A stretch of 64,000 nt of DNA from an uncultured Actinomycetes bacterium (GCA_963824995.1 CAWGRK010000006.1:1-64000), one strand, 5' to 3'. Positions 52,098 through 62,397 are shown, counted from the first letter of the stretch. The notes: a model not told the origin generated them from the letters alone. Program-made: numbers and translations.

Positions 52098-53366
52098 TCA
52101 CGGTGGGTCGGGCCCGGTGGTGTATTCGTGTCCCAGTGGACTGGTCCAGGTGATGGTTCCGTTCGGTCCGGTTCGCATCCTCCACCCGGCCTCTTTGAGC
52201 CGGTGGTCGTGGCGGCACGCCGGGTTGAGGTACTCCACCAGGGTGGGTCCCCCCTTGGAGTGGTCGACCACATGGTCGATGTCGGAGCGGGTGGCGGGCA
52301 TCCGGCACCCGGGGAAGACACAGGTGGGGTGACGGGCCTCGACGTACCTGCGTTGCGCGCCGGTGGGTCTCCTCCTGGTGGTTCCGTCCCAGAGGACGGC
52401 ACCGCTGTCGGGGTCGGTGACCGCCACCCGCCACACCGACCCCACCTGGGTGGCGGCCACCCGGCGGGCGATGTCGGCCACCACCGGCCCGTAGCCCGGT
52501 ATCTCCCCCGGGTTCTCCGACAACCGGGTGAGGGTGGCCAGGTCGACTCTGAGGTCGATGACGCCTCTCCGTCCGCAACCGTCACCGCAGTCCAGGAGGT
52601 CCAAGAGGACGTCGCAACGCACCTGGTCGATGCTGCGGGGGTCGTCCTCTCCCTTGGCCACCCCGGCGAGGGAGTCCAACCGGCCGAAGGCGGCGTTGGC
52701 CCGCTCGGGGGGCAAGCACCAGGCGATGAGGTTGGCGGTGCCGTCGGGGTTGGCGGAGAGTTCCACCCGTCTTCCCTCGACTCCCCTCTGGTAGCGCTCC
52801 TGGGCTGCTGCGGGGTCGACCGAGAGCACCAGGCGACGCACCCGCGCCCCCAACTGACCGGTGGTCTGCGAAGAAGCCCGCTCCAGCACCACAGAGACCA
52901 CCGCTTGGGCCTCCTCGTCGTCCAGGGTGGCCACCTCGCTGCACACCACCCGGGCCCGGGGGAGGTCGATCGACCCCGAGCGGAGCGCCGCGACCAGCGC
53001 GGGGAGCCTCTCCAGGTCCCGGGCCAGTTGCAGCAGCGACACCGCCGCTCTCCGGGTGAGACAGAGAGCGGCCCGGATCTCGTCGGCGGCGAACTCGCCG
53101 TCGTCGTCGGAGACCAGGGCGCTCGCCTCAGAAGAGGCGTCGGCCACCCGGGCCACCAGATCCAACAACTCGGCCTGCTGATGGGACACCTGGCGGGCGT
53201 GGGCGGCCATCACCACCACCAGGTCGAAACCGGGGAGGGAGTCCAGGTCGATCCCGGCCAATACCCGGGCAAGCTCGGGACCGGGGGGCATCTCCTCGAG
53301 ACCGTCGGGGAGGAGAGAGGGTGGCGGTGGTGGCCACAGCTCCGAGATCACTTCCCCTGCCAGCAT
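52098..53366 (-). CDS. DUF222 + HNH endonuclease (13E12 repeat family-like)
   Basis: L..G.IDLPRA, GEIPGYGPV, ARHPTCVFPGC, DIDHV, NPAC.HDHRLK, ITWTSPLGHEY; GGAG SD. Confidence 0.88.
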   Translation of the reverse strand: MLAGEVISELWPPPPPSLLPDGLEEMPPGPELARVLAGIDLDSLPGFDLVVVMAAHARQVSHQQAELLDLVARVADASSEASALVSDDDGEFAADEIRAALCLTRRAAVSLLQLARDLERLPALVAALRSGSIDLPRARVVCSEVATLDDEEAQAVVSVVLERASSQTTGQLGARVRRLVLSVDPAAAQERYQRGVEGRRVELSANPDGTANLIAWCLPPERANAAFGRLDSLAGVAKGEDDPRSIDQVRCDVLLDLLDCGDGCGRRGVIDLRVDLATLTRLSENPGEIPGYGPVVADIARRVAATQVGSVWRVAVTDPDSGAVLWDGTTRRRPTGAQRRYVEARHPTCVFPGCRMPATRSDIDHVVDHSKGGPTLVEYLNPACRHDHRLKEAGWRMRTGPNGTITWTSPLGHEYTTGPDPP

Positions 53367-53403
53367 GATCACTCCATTGGTTCACGGTGGGGAAGTAGGT
53401 CAC

Positions 53404-53425
53404 AACCTATCAGCGGGGTGTGACA
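53404..53425 (-). promoter_or_regulatory. RecA-NDp / PafBC-type DNA-damage promoter
   Basis: Minus strand TGTCAC-N10-TAGGTT matches the TGTCRG-N10-TANNNT architecture, about 40 bp upstream of the HNH gene. Confidence 0.65.
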
Positions 53426-53430
53426 AATTG

Positions 53431-53446
53431 GCGAACACATGTTCGA
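53431..53446. promoter_or_regulatory. LexA (SOS) box
   Basis: GCGAACACATGTTCGA, one mismatch from the actinobacterial TCGAAC-N4-GTTCGA palindrome. Confidence 0.8.
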
Positions 53447-53582
53447 CCAAGACGACAAATCTCGGCGACGCAATCTGGTTACTCGATGAGTTCCGTTCGT
53501 GACTCGTGGGCAAAGGCGATGTCCGCTGCCGAGCTCAAACGATCCACGTAGCTATGCGCACGGCCGTGGACGGGCGTTCTTC

Positions 53583-55847
53583 CTACCAGCCGCTGCCGCC
53601 GCCACCACCTCCGCCACCACCACCGAAACCGCCTCCGCCAAAACCGCCGAAGGATCCCGGGCTCCAGCCCCCACCGCCCCAACTGGACCCGCCACCGGAT
53701 CCGCCGCCGAAACTGCCGCCGCCGAAACCACCGAACCAGGACGAACTGTCGGACGACCATGAGTCGTCGCGAAATACGGGGTCCCAACCCACCCCGGTCC
53801 CATGCCCGCCGGTGATGACCCAGTGGAGGTAGAGCAACGTGAACGGGTCGTACCCGCCTAGCCCAGTGGGTATGGGCTGGCCGGTCCAAGCATCCTGCTG
53901 CCGGCCGGTGCCCTCGTGCGCAAGCTCGGGAGCAAAGCGATCTGCGTCGTCGATCTTGGAGCGGGCAAGGGCCTGACGCTGGGCGGCATAGGCGAGGGCG
54001 AATGTCTCCGGACCGCGTGGGTCGGCAGCGCCGAACGCCGCAGCCACGTCGGCGTACGATCCGCTCAGCCCCAGGTTGGACAGCGCCTGGCGCGCCTCCA
54101 CCCATCGACGGAGTGCTTGCGACGGCTCCAGAGAGACAGCGAGGATCCCGGCGATCGTGGAGCGGCTGTCTCCAGTGACCCCCTCAGCGGCTAGCTCGTC
54201 CATCAGCGCCTGGTAGGAAGCGATGCCGTCGTTCCGGTTGCGGAGCAGCGTGGCCGCGATCACCACCGGGAGACCGTGGTGGCGGGCCGCCTCGCTCACC
54301 GCCTCGATGTCGGCAGGGTGGGTCAGACCGGCCAAGGCGTACTCCACCGCCTCACCTGGCTCGAGGGCATTCTCCCGGTTGACCCGATAGGCGGCGACGA
54401 AGTCGGATACCGCATCCTCAGAGTTGTTGAGGAGCAACAGCGCGGCGATACCGGGCAACTGGAGCCCATCGGCGCGCAGCTCACCGCCTAGCTGCTCGAG
54501 CTCTACCCGCACTCTCTCGTAGCGCTCGGCGGCTTGCGACGGGTCGTCGTCGAGGTCGGCCAGAGCAGCTGCCACGGCAGGGCGGGTGGCCGATTCGGGG
54601 AGGGCGTCGTAGAGCTGCTCGAGCCGCTCCACCTTGGTGGCCGCAGTCTGGTAGCTCGATTCGATGCGATCGACCGTCTCCTCGAGCGGTGCTGTCGGCG
54701 GGAGGACCGGTGCCGACTTGAGCACCCGCTCCCCGAGGTCGGTGATCAACGCCGGACCGACGGGAGTGTCCACCAGACGAGCCTCCACTGCCGCACCGAG
54801 GCGGGCTCGAGCTTCGGCGACACGATGCTGGCGCAGCCCGTCTACCAGCGTCTGGAGGTCACCGAGCCGCACCCGGAAGAGGGTCTCGTCACTTGCATCC
54901 ACCGCCAATGCCTGGCGAGCCGCCTCTTGGGCACCCTCGTCGAGCACCGGTCCCTCGCCCTCGACGCGCAGCTCGAGCGGTATCTCGGTGTCGATCCGCC
55001 ACCGCTCCCGATCGAGCACGTCTACCAGTCGCTCCGACCACAGCGCCCCACCCACGTCCGGGGTGAGCCCGTTGCTACCTTGCGCCACTCTCGTCAGTGC
55101 ATCGATCGCCGCCCCGGTCGGCACCGTCGGACCGTCGGCCGGCGGCTGCATCACGTACTCGGCGATCTGAGGCAGTTCGTTTCCCGCGGGAGTGAGCCGG
55201 CGTAGCTGACCGTCAACCAGTTCCTGGCGTTGCTTGCTGACGACCGCGATGCGATCGCGCCTCCGCTTCCAGAGGACTGCACCGCCCGCAACCGCGGCAG
55301 TACCGCCCAGGATGATGAGGACCAAAGGCCAGCCACTGCCGCCTTCCTCCGCCGATTGCCCTTCCTCACCGGGGCCAGCCTCGAGCGCCGACTCGAGCGA
55401 CCCGACGATGGCGAGGACACCCCCGTCGAAATCGCCAGCCGCGAAGAAGCTGTCGCCGGCCGATGCGATCTGGCTTGGATCCCGCAGTTCGAGGCCGTCG
55501 CCGGGCTCGACCCATGTGTCCCGACCCCCGACGTCGACCAGGACCACGACGCCGTCGTCATTCTCGGCCGAGCCGACACCCCATTCGTTTCCGATGCCCT
55601 GGGCGAACTCCTGGGTGGACTGCCCACCGGTATCGGGCACCATCACCACTGCGATCTGGTTGCCGCGGCCCTGAACGACCCGGCCAACCGCCTCCTCGAG
55701 CCGGGTGTCGTCCTCGATGACCCCGGCGGCGTCGGTCACATACCCGTCGCAGGTGATCCCTTCATAGGCAGGGCAGGTCGTGTCCTGACCGGCGGCGAGA
55801 GCCGGCGTGAGGAGAACGGTCAGGATGGCGGCTGCGATCACGCGCAT
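53583..55847 (-). CDS. TPM (DUF477) domain membrane protein with a long helical region and Gly-rich tail
   Basis: Signal peptide; YVTDAAGVI, QIAVVMV, WGVG...DDGVVVLV, G.GLE, GDFDGG; one TM; GGFGGGGFGGGGGGGGGGSGW terminus. Confidence 0.85.
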   Translation of the reverse strand: MRVIAAAILTVLLTPALAAGQDTTCPAYEGITCDGYVTDAAGVIEDDTRLEEAVGRVVQGRGNQIAVVMVPDTGGQSTQEFAQGIGNEWGVGSAENDDGVVVLVDVGGRDTWVEPGDGLELRDPSQIASAGDSFFAAGDFDGGVLAIVGSLESALEAGPGEEGQSAEEGGSGWPLVLIILGGTAAVAGGAVLWKRRRDRIAVVSKQRQELVDGQLRRLTPAGNELPQIAEYVMQPPADGPTVPTGAAIDALTRVAQGSNGLTPDVGGALWSERLVDVLDRERWRIDTEIPLELRVEGEGPVLDEGAQEAARQALAVDASDETLFRVRLGDLQTLVDGLRQHRVAEARARLGAAVEARLVDTPVGPALITDLGERVLKSAPVLPPTAPLEETVDRIESSYQTAATKVERLEQLYDALPESATRPAVAAALADLDDDPSQAAERYERVRVELEQLGGELRADGLQLPGIAALLLLNNSEDAVSDFVAAYRVNRENALEPGEAVEYALAGLTHPADIEAVSEAARHHGLPVVIAATLLRNRNDGIASYQALMDELAAEGVTGDSRSTIAGILAVSLEPSQALRRWVEARQALSNLGLSGSYADVAAAFGAADPRGPETFALAYAAQRQALARSKIDDADRFAPELAHEGTGRQQDAWTGQPIPTGLGGYDPFTLLYLHWVITGGHGTGVGWDPVFRDDSWSSDSSSWFGGFGGGSFGGGSGGGSSWGGGGWSPGSFGGFGGGGFGGGGGGGGGGSGW

Positions 55848-55863
55848 AGGGATCACGGTACCC

Positions 55864-55891
55864 AGGTGGTAGGTGGTAGGTGGTAGGTGGT
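55864..55891 (+). repeat. Heptamer tandem repeat (AGGTGGT)x4
   Basis: Four exact copies in the divergent TPM/tdh intergenic region. Confidence 0.85.
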
Positions 55892-55986
55892 AGATCGTTT
55901 GAGCACCGTTGGGAGTTCGACAGCCCCCCACCCGCCGCAGTCGCAGCGGGTCCCTTCCCCTCTGCGAGAGATTGACCTTGGATTGG

Positions 55987-56014
55987 CCGCCGTCCGCCGT
56001 CCGCCGTCCGCCGT
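55987..56014 (+). repeat. Heptamer tandem repeat (CCGCCGT)x4
   Basis: Four exact copies upstream of tdh. Confidence 0.85.
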
Positions 56015-56062
56015 CTCTTTGGGGGACGGATCGAGTGCCGAGCTCGCGTAACCTGCAAACCG

Positions 56063-57115
56063 ATGCGCGCCGTGGTGAAGCCTGCCCCGGGTCCTGGGTT
56101 GGAGATGGTTGAGCGGCCCATCCCAGAGGTTGGCGATGGCGACGTGCTGATCGAGGTCCAGGCGACCTCGATATGCGGGACCGATCTCCACATCCGCGAC
56201 TGGAGCCAATGGGCGGCCTCGCACGTGCGCCCGGGGATCATCGTCGGGCACGAGTTGTGCGGCGAGGTGGTGGAGAAGGGCCGCGCCGCCGGAGGTCCCG
56301 CTGTGGGAGAACTGGTGTCGGTGGAGTCACATGTCACCTGCGGCGAGTGCGCTCCGTGCCGGACGGCCAAAGGACATCTCTGCCCGGCCACCGAGATCCT
56401 CGGTGTCCACCGCGACGGCGCATTCGCCGAATACGTGGTCGTACCGGCAGCCAACGCCTGGCCGGACCCCGTCGGGCTGCCGCTGTCGGTTGCGGCGCTC
56501 CAGGAGAACTTCGGCAACGCGGTCCACTCGGTGAGCGTTCCCACCATCGCCGGGCGAAAGGTGCTGGTCACCGGGTGTGGCCCGGTCGGCCTGATGGCGA
56601 TCGCCGCTGCCCGCGCCTTGGGGGCTCGATCGGTGCTGGCCACCGATATCAGCGCCTACCGGCTGGATATGGCCAAGCAGTTGGGGGCGGACCTGGCCGT
56701 CGATGCAGCAGATGGCGTCGAGGCGATCTGGGAAGCGACCGAGGGGGAGGGCGTAGACGTCCTCCTCGAGATGTCAGGATCGGCTACCGCCATCGACGAA
56801 GGGTTCGGGTTGCTCAAGCCGGGCGGGGAAGCGGCACTGCTCGGACTGCCTCCGGCACCGATCAGCTTTGACATCGCCGACAACGTGATCTTCAAGGGCG
56901 CCACCATCCATGGCATCTTCGGGCGCAAGCTGTGGGACACCTGGTACGAGATGCGGGGTCTGCTCCGGGCAGGTGCCGTCGATCTGGCCCCGTTGGTGAC
57001 CCACCGCTTTGCCCTCGACGACTACGAGCGCGCTTTCGACCTCATGGCATCGGGCGAGTGCGGCAAGGTGGTTCTGTTCCCCGATACCGGCAAGGCGGAC
57101 GGCCCGCTCTCATGA
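56063..57115 (+). CDS. tdh: L-threonine 3-dehydrogenase
   Basis: [50 protein letters not shown]; coupled to kbl. Confidence 0.93.
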   Translation: MRAVVKPAPGPGLEMVERPIPEVGDGDVLIEVQATSICGTDLHIRDWSQWAASHVRPGIIVGHELCGEVVEKGRAAGGPAVGELVSVESHVTCGECAPCRTAKGHLCPATEILGVHRDGAFAEYVVVPAANAWPDPVGLPLSVAALQENFGNAVHSVSVPTIAGRKVLVTGCGPVGLMAIAAARALGARSVLATDISAYRLDMAKQLGADLAVDAADGVEAIWEATEGEGVDVLLEMSGSATAIDEGFGLLKPGGEAALLGLPPAPISFDIADNVIFKGATIHGIFGRKLWDTWYEMRGLLRAGAVDLAPLVTHRFALDDYERAFDLMASGECGKVVLFPDTGKADGPLS

Positions 57116-58308
57116 CGGCGACTCACACCCCGCTCGACTTCCTGCGCGACCAGTTGGACGAGATGGTCGCAGGGGGTCTCGCCGCGAACATCCGCACCGT
57201 CGGCTCCCCCCAGGGTGCGCGGCTTGTGGTGGACGGCCGCCAGGTCCTCAACTTCACCTCGAACGACTACTTGGGACTGGCGGGCGATCAGCGTCTGGTG
57301 GCGGCGGCGAAGGATGCGGTGGACCGCTACGGCGTCGGCCCCGGAGCGGTTCGGACCATCGCCGGCACCATGCAGCTGCACGTGGACCTGGAGGAGGCGC
57401 TAGCCGATTTCAAGGGGGTCGAGGCCACGATCTCCTTCCAGTCGGGATTCACCGCCAACCTGGGCACCATCCCTGCCCTCGTGGACGAGGGAGACGTCAT
57501 CATCTCCGATGCGCTCAACCACGCATCGATAGTGGACGGCGTCAGGCTGGCGCGGGCCGGTCGGTCCATCTATCCGCACGCCGATGTCGCCGCACTGGGC
57601 GACAAGCTGTCCGAGGCGAGGTCCAAGGGGGCCAGGCGCATCCTGGTGATAACCGATGGGGTGTTCTCGATGGACGGTGACCTGGCGCCGCTCCCCGGCA
57701 TCGTCGAGGCGGCCGAGGAGTACGAGGCGATGGTGATGGTTGACGACGCTCACGGCGAGGGGGTGCTCGGCCGGGGTGGGCGGGGAATCGTGGACCACTT
57801 CGGGTTGCACGGGCGTGTCGCCGTCGAGGTTGGGACCATGTCTAAGGCGTTCGGGGTGATGGGCGGCTACGTCGCCGGCCCGGCCGACCTGGTCGGATGG
57901 CTTCGACAAAGGGCCCGTCCCTTCCTCTTCTCGTCGGCGCTGACCCCGGCGGACACGGCGGCGTGCCTGGCGTCGGTCTCGATCCTCGCTGAGTCCACCG
58001 AGAGGGTGGAGCGGCTCTGGGCCAATGCGGAGCGCTTCAAGGAGGCGATGACCTCTTCGGGGTTCGACCTCGGTGTCAGCGAGACGCCGATCACGCCGGT
58101 GATGCTGGGCGACGCCAAACTCGCCCAGGACTTCTCCCGGCGGCTGTTCGACGAGGAGGGCGTCTTTGCCCAAGCCATCGGGTACCCGACGGTCGCCCAC
58201 GGTGCGGCCCGGATCCGGGTGATGGTGTCGGCATCGCACAGCCACGACGACCTCGACCAGTGCGCCGAGTCCTTCCGCAAGGTGGGACAGGGCCTGGGCG
58301 TCATCTGA
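57112..58308 (+). CDS. kbl: Glycine C-acetyltransferase (2-amino-3-ketobutyrate CoA ligase)
   Basis: [53 protein letters not shown] overlap with tdh. Confidence 0.9.
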   Translation: MTATHTPLDFLRDQLDEMVAGGLAANIRTVGSPQGARLVVDGRQVLNFTSNDYLGLAGDQRLVAAAKDAVDRYGVGPGAVRTIAGTMQLHVDLEEALADFKGVEATISFQSGFTANLGTIPALVDEGDVIISDALNHASIVDGVRLARAGRSIYPHADVAALGDKLSEARSKGARRILVITDGVFSMDGDLAPLPGIVEAAEEYEAMVMVDDAHGEGVLGRGGRGIVDHFGLHGRVAVEVGTMSKAFGVMGGYVAGPADLVGWLRQRARPFLFSSALTPADTAACLASVSILAESTERVERLWANAERFKEAMTSSGFDLGVSETPITPVMLGDAKLAQDFSRRLFDEEGVFAQAIGYPTVAHGAARIRVMVSASHSHDDLDQCAESFRKVGQGLGVI

Positions 58309-58318
58309 GCGAGTCCGG

Positions 58319-59282
58319 GTGAAGGCGACCGATCCTGTTGCGCGCCATCCCCGTGCCGAAGCGGAGGAACGCCTCGGGGGGAGGTACGGGGCCCGGGTCC
58401 TCGAACCGTCGCCGCCCACGGTTGACGACGAGCCGTGGTTCGCCGACGACCCAGTGAGCGCACCGGTTCGTTCCCCGGTGGTATCGCCGGTGGCAAACGG
58501 GAACTACCTCTGGGCGGAGATCGTGGCGACCGACCCCGGACTTGCCAGTTGGGCGGCCGACAGGGCGCTGGTGGCATCTCCTCTCCCGTCGCCACCCGAA
58601 GGGATGGTGGCTGCGAGGGAAGCCCTCCACCAACTGGCGTTCTACGTCCTTGCGCCCGGGAGGCAGGCTGCCAACGGCAAGATCGGGCTGCGGTACACAA
58701 AGGGGGGATTCGGGACGCCGTTCTTCGGCGACAACCGCCAATTGAGAATCGAGGGACCGAATCTCGTCGACCAGCGCGCGTATGGACGATCTCGTCGTGG
58801 AGCCGCTCACCACGATCGGCTCGGCGCGCCGCCGTACCGGTATCGCGGAGGATCTGGCACTCCATGGACCGCCGCGCTGGGATGATGGGCGGAGCCTGGA
58901 GATCGAACCGGAGCACATCGACTTCATCGCTCGCTGGTTCGGGACGGTCACCAGGGTGCTCGAGACCATCCGACTGGAGGCGGCCGGCCTCGAGCCGTCA
59001 CGAGTCCAAATATGGCCAGAGCACTTCGACGCCGCCGTGGAAATCGGACCGGAGGAAAGACGGGCTGCGTTCGGCGGGTCGCCCGGGGACGAGGCTCACC
59101 CCGAGCCGTACGTGTACGTCGCTCCATGGTCGCCGCCGGCGCCGGATCCCTTCTGGAATGACCAGTCGTTTGGCGGGGCAAGCCTCCAGTACGCCGATCT
59201 GGTGGGTCTCCCCAACCCCGACGGCACTCTGCTCGACTTCTTCCGCCGAGGCGTCGTACGACTCGGTCCCGCCACCGCATAG
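58319..59282 (+). CDS. Conserved hypothetical protein (frameshift ~58780)
   Basis: REALHQLAFYVL, GKIGLRYTKGGFGTP; next frame QIWPEHFD, GGSPGD..HPEPYVYVAPW, FWN. Confidence 0.7.
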
Positions 59283-59327
59283 TCGGAGGGCGCCCTTTTC
59301 CGGAGGTTGTGTCTAGCCTGACCCACT

Positions 59328-59618
59328 ATGGCGGCAAAAGAGATACCCCAACTCACCCAGGAGCTCATCGAGATATCGAAGGCCTACCTGATGCAGGAGA
59401 CGGTCGAGCCGGCCAAGCAGCTCGGCAAGATCGCCGGCATCAGCCTGGCAGGCGGAATGCTCCTGGCGCTCGGTGCCCTGTTCCTGGTCCTCGGTGCCAA
59501 TCAGGGCTTCTTGGTGCTGTTCGACGACGGCCGGCTCTGGGTAGCTCTGGCATCACTGATCACCGCCATCGTGGCGCTCGCCATTGGCGCATTGGCGGGA
59601 TGGAGGGCGACGAAATGA
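59328..59618 (+). CDS. Small 2-TM membrane protein (phage holin / YqjE-like)
   Basis: AYLMQETVEPAKQLGK followed by two hydrophobic segments. Confidence 0.7.
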   Translation: MAAKEIPQLTQELIEISKAYLMQETVEPAKQLGKIAGISLAGGMLLALGALFLVLGANQGFLVLFDDGRLWVALASLITAIVALAIGALAGWRATK

Positions 59619-59806
59619 CCGTGACACGCGGTGATATCGAGGCCAAGGCCCGCCAGATCGAGCGAGCGGTCAATCAGACCACCGACACTGTCAAGGGTCG
59701 GGCGATCCAGATCGGGATCGGTGTAGGCGCCCTGCTGCTTCTCCTGATATTGCTGAACAGGAGAACCCGCCACCGGCAGGCTGTGGTCGAGGTCTACAGG
59801 GTCTGA
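59615..59806 (+). CDS. Small tail-anchored protein (DUF3618-like)
   Basis: GGAGG SD and ATGA overlap; MTVTRGDIEAKARQI, TM, basic tail. Confidence 0.65.
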   Translation: MTVTRGDIEAKARQIERAVNQTTDTVKGRAIQIGIGVGALLLLLILLNRRTRHRQAVVEVYRV

Positions 59807-60072
59807 TCGCCGAGCAGGGCTCGAGCCTGCTCAACGCCGAGTGGTTCTTGATCGACCTGTCGCACCCTCACCAAGAGCGTCTCGCCTGGCTCGGCGGTGA
59901 GTCGGCTGATATGTCTCTGCGGCTTGGGGCGGGTGAGCAAATAGACGGCAAGGAGTGTTCCTCCTCGCGCCAAATAGACACCCCGTCCGGTGCGGGCGCT
60001 ACGGCCGATCCAGCCGAGGGCGCGCTCGATCCCGTGGTTGCGAACGATGAAGAGGTTGATCAACCGTCGCAT
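59794..60072 (-). CDS. Small hypothetical protein
   Basis: 92-aa ORF with a short hydrophobic stretch and a PGETLLVRV motif; fills an otherwise empty gap. Confidence 0.45.
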   Translation of the reverse strand: MRRLINLFIVRNHGIERALGWIGRSARTGRGVYLARGGTLLAVYLLTRPKPQRHISRLTAEPGETLLVRVRQVDQEPLGVEQARALLGDQTL

Positions 60073-60116
60073 CTCGCCATGAGGGTACCGCGCCGGCGAT
60101 ACAGTGCCGGCACCCG

Positions 60117-60212
60117 ATGCGAAACCAACAGTTCTTCCGTGTCGTCATCTGGATCGTGATCATCGGACTGGTCGTCTCGCTACTCGCTACGGCGATCCTC
60201 TTCCTCCAATGA
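60117..60212 (+). CDS. 31-aa single-TM miniprotein (absent from the ORF track)
   Basis: MRNQQFFRVVIWIVIIGLVVSLLATAILFLQ*; TACAGT -10-like hexamer at 60100-60105. Confidence 0.6.
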   Translation: MRNQQFFRVVIWIVIIGLVVSLLATAILFLQ

Positions 60213-60248
60213 GCCTCTCAACGCGGCGCAACGCCGGCATCGCATCGG

Positions 60249-61046
60249 ATGGCTGAGTCGCTCGGGGCCGGGGAGCCGGTGCTGCTCCTCGACCAGAAGG
60301 GCCGGCGCTATCTCATCCGTCTCGATCCAGATCGGAGCTTCCACTTCCATCGCGGAGTTGTGCCCCACTCGGACGTCATCGGGCTCGACGAGGGGAGCGT
60401 GGTCACTTCGTCCGGCGGTGGTCGGCTCACCGTGCTCCGTCCCCGCTTGGCCGACTACATCCTCAAGATGCCCCGAGGCGCCCAGGTCGTCTACCCGAAG
60501 GACATCGGGCAGATCCTGGTTTGGGCCGACATACGGCCGGGCGATGTTGTGCTCGAGGCCGGGACCGGCTCGGGCGCACTGACCTGCGCCCTCCTCCGCG
60601 CCGTGGGGAGCGATGGTCGGGTGGTCAGCGTTGAGCGTCGCGACGATCACGCCGCCCACGCCCGCCGTTCCATCACCGAGTTCTTCGGGGAGCTTCCCCG
60701 ACATCTCGAGTTGCTGATCGGCGACGTCGAGGAGCAGATCGCCCGGGTGAGGCCCGACAGGTTGGTCCTCGACCTGCCTGAGCCATGGCACGCCGCCCTC
60801 AGGGCAAACGAGGGCCTCGCTCCCGGCGGCGTGTTCTGCGCATACCTGCCCACTGTCCCGCAGGTGCAGACCACGGTGGAGGCGCTCGACCAGACCGGCG
60901 GCTTCATCGACACGATGGCGTTCGAGACGCTGTTCCGGACGTGGTCGGTGGCGGGCAGGTCGGTCCGCCCCGATCACCGGATGGTGGGGCACACCGGGTT
61001 CGTGATCGTCTCGCGCCGGCTCGCCGATGCGTCGATCGAAGAATGA
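60249..61046 (+). CDS. trmI: tRNA (adenine58-N1)-methyltransferase
   Basis: MPRGAQVVYPKD, VLEAGTGSGALT, VLDLPEPW, VRPDHRMVGHTGF. Confidence 0.95.
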   Translation: MAESLGAGEPVLLLDQKGRRYLIRLDPDRSFHFHRGVVPHSDVIGLDEGSVVTSSGGGRLTVLRPRLADYILKMPRGAQVVYPKDIGQILVWADIRPGDVVLEAGTGSGALTCALLRAVGSDGRVVSVERRDDHAAHARRSITEFFGELPRHLELLIGDVEEQIARVRPDRLVLDLPEPWHAALRANEGLAPGGVFCAYLPTVPQVQTTVEALDQTGGFIDTMAFETLFRTWSVAGRSVRPDHRMVGHTGFVIVSRRLADASIEE

Positions 61047-61050
61047 CCCG

Positions 61051-61926
61051 CTAGGCGGCCAACTCGAAACGGCACGAACCGGCGACGACGACCCGGTCGT
61101 CACCGTCCACCACCTCGACCTCGAGGGTTCCCGATCCGGGCCCACTGACCACCTCGCTGGCGATCACCTCACCGTTTTCATCCATCCGGGTGAAGGAGCA
61201 GAACTCTTCCTCCTCCAGTTGGTAGCGAGCCTGCCAGTTACCGGGCGACACGCCGTCGCCCACCACATAGCTGCCGGCGCTGAGCGAGCCCTCCTCACCG
61301 CTCATCTCGCCCCCCGCTTCCAGGAAGCAGCGGCGAGCCTCGGAGACCATTGGTGCCCAGTCGCCCTCTGCGGGGAGGAGAAGATCGAGATTCAGTCCCG
61401 AGAGACCCGGCTCGCGGGCCACACCGCGCTTGATGTCGTCGAGCGTCGGCTGGGCCGCACCCGATTCGCCGCGCTGCTCGCCCAGCCTGCAGGCGACCCC
61501 GGCACCGCTCGACAGGACCTCGGCGCGGTCGGAGGAGAGCTGGTCGTCGTACTGGAGCCGGAGGGCCGCCAACTCCTCCTCGGTGTCCTCCAATTGGGTG
61601 CGCAGCTTGGCCCTCGCCCGCAGCGCCCGGCGGCGCTCGGCATTGGCGTCGTCGCGCTGCCCCTTGGCGGTCTCGGCGGCGGCGTCGGCTGCCTCGAGCT
61701 CTCCGCTCAACCGGTCCAGCTCGCTCTCCAACTCGTCGATCCGGGCCTTGGACTCGTCGGCAGCACCGCTGGCCCTGGCCACGCGTCTCTGGAGATCGGC
61801 GATTTCGTCACGGGCAAGGTCCAACTGCTCGGCCTGGTCTGATGCCGCGGCATCGGCAGTTACCGCCGGGGTCGAGCAGGCGGCGAGAAGGGCAAGTGCC
61901 AGCGCTGCGACGACACGTGGGCCCAT
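61051..61926 (-). CDS. Lipoprotein with a coiled-coil stalk and small C-terminal beta domain
   Basis: Lipobox LLAAC; heptad-rich middle; GSYVVG..VSPGNW, paired Cys. Confidence 0.75.
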   Translation of the reverse strand: MGPRVVAALALALLAACSTPAVTADAAASDQAEQLDLARDEIADLQRRVARASGAADESKARIDELESELDRLSGELEAADAAAETAKGQRDDANAERRRALRARAKLRTQLEDTEEELAALRLQYDDQLSSDRAEVLSSGAGVACRLGEQRGESGAAQPTLDDIKRGVAREPGLSGLNLDLLLPAEGDWAPMVSEARRCFLEAGGEMSGEEGSLSAGSYVVGDGVSPGNWQARYQLEEEEFCSFTRMDENGEVIASEVVSGPGSGTLEVEVVDGDDRVVVAGSCRFELAA

Positions 61927-61983
61927 GCGACCGTATCGGCGGTCCGGGCTTCGAACTTCACCAAGCGGTAACAGGGCGTTCGA

Positions 61984-62229
61984 TCACGGCTCGATGAAGA
62001 TGCACTCCCCGGGGCACTCCTCGGCCGATTCGATGGTGATGCCTTCCTGGCCGCCTGGGACCTTGGCGACACCACCTGCGCCCTGCTGGTTGCCCTTGGC
62101 ATCGGCGTAGACCGTGCCGCCCTCGCGGACATACGCCAAGCCGTCGTCCAGCAGAACGAACACGTCGGGGGCGATCTCCTCGCACAGACCGTCTCCGGTG
62201 CAGAGGTCCTGATCGATCCACACCTTCAT
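61984..62229 (-). CDS. Ferredoxin (3Fe-4S/4Fe-4S monocluster)
   Basis: [32 protein letters not shown]...[10 protein letters not shown]. Confidence 0.92.
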   Translation of the reverse strand: MKVWIDQDLCTGDGLCEEIAPDVFVLLDDGLAYVREGGTVYADAKGNQQGAGGVAKVPGGQEGITIESAEECPGECIFIEP

Positions 62230-62397
62230 TGCCTGGTTTCTCCTCGTGACTACCCCTTGATCGTAGCCCCGGTCGGGCGTTTCCAAGCGGGCATGACCGC
62301 CCCCGGCCGGTGCCGGGACGCGTCGAGGGGTCCATGGGTTGGGGTCCCCCGGCCGTATACTCCGCGGGCGAGTTGGCAAGTACGAGGAGCTGACGGT

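Noticed and set aside
55864..56014. CRISPR array
   Set aside because: Units are 7 bp with no spacers and no cas genes; no CRISPR-like repeat-spacer pattern found anywhere in the window.
46780..59806. Holin-like genes, CPBP/Abi protease and HNH as prophage evidence
   Set aside because: These families are common chromosomal genes; no integrase, terminase, capsid or tail genes seen.
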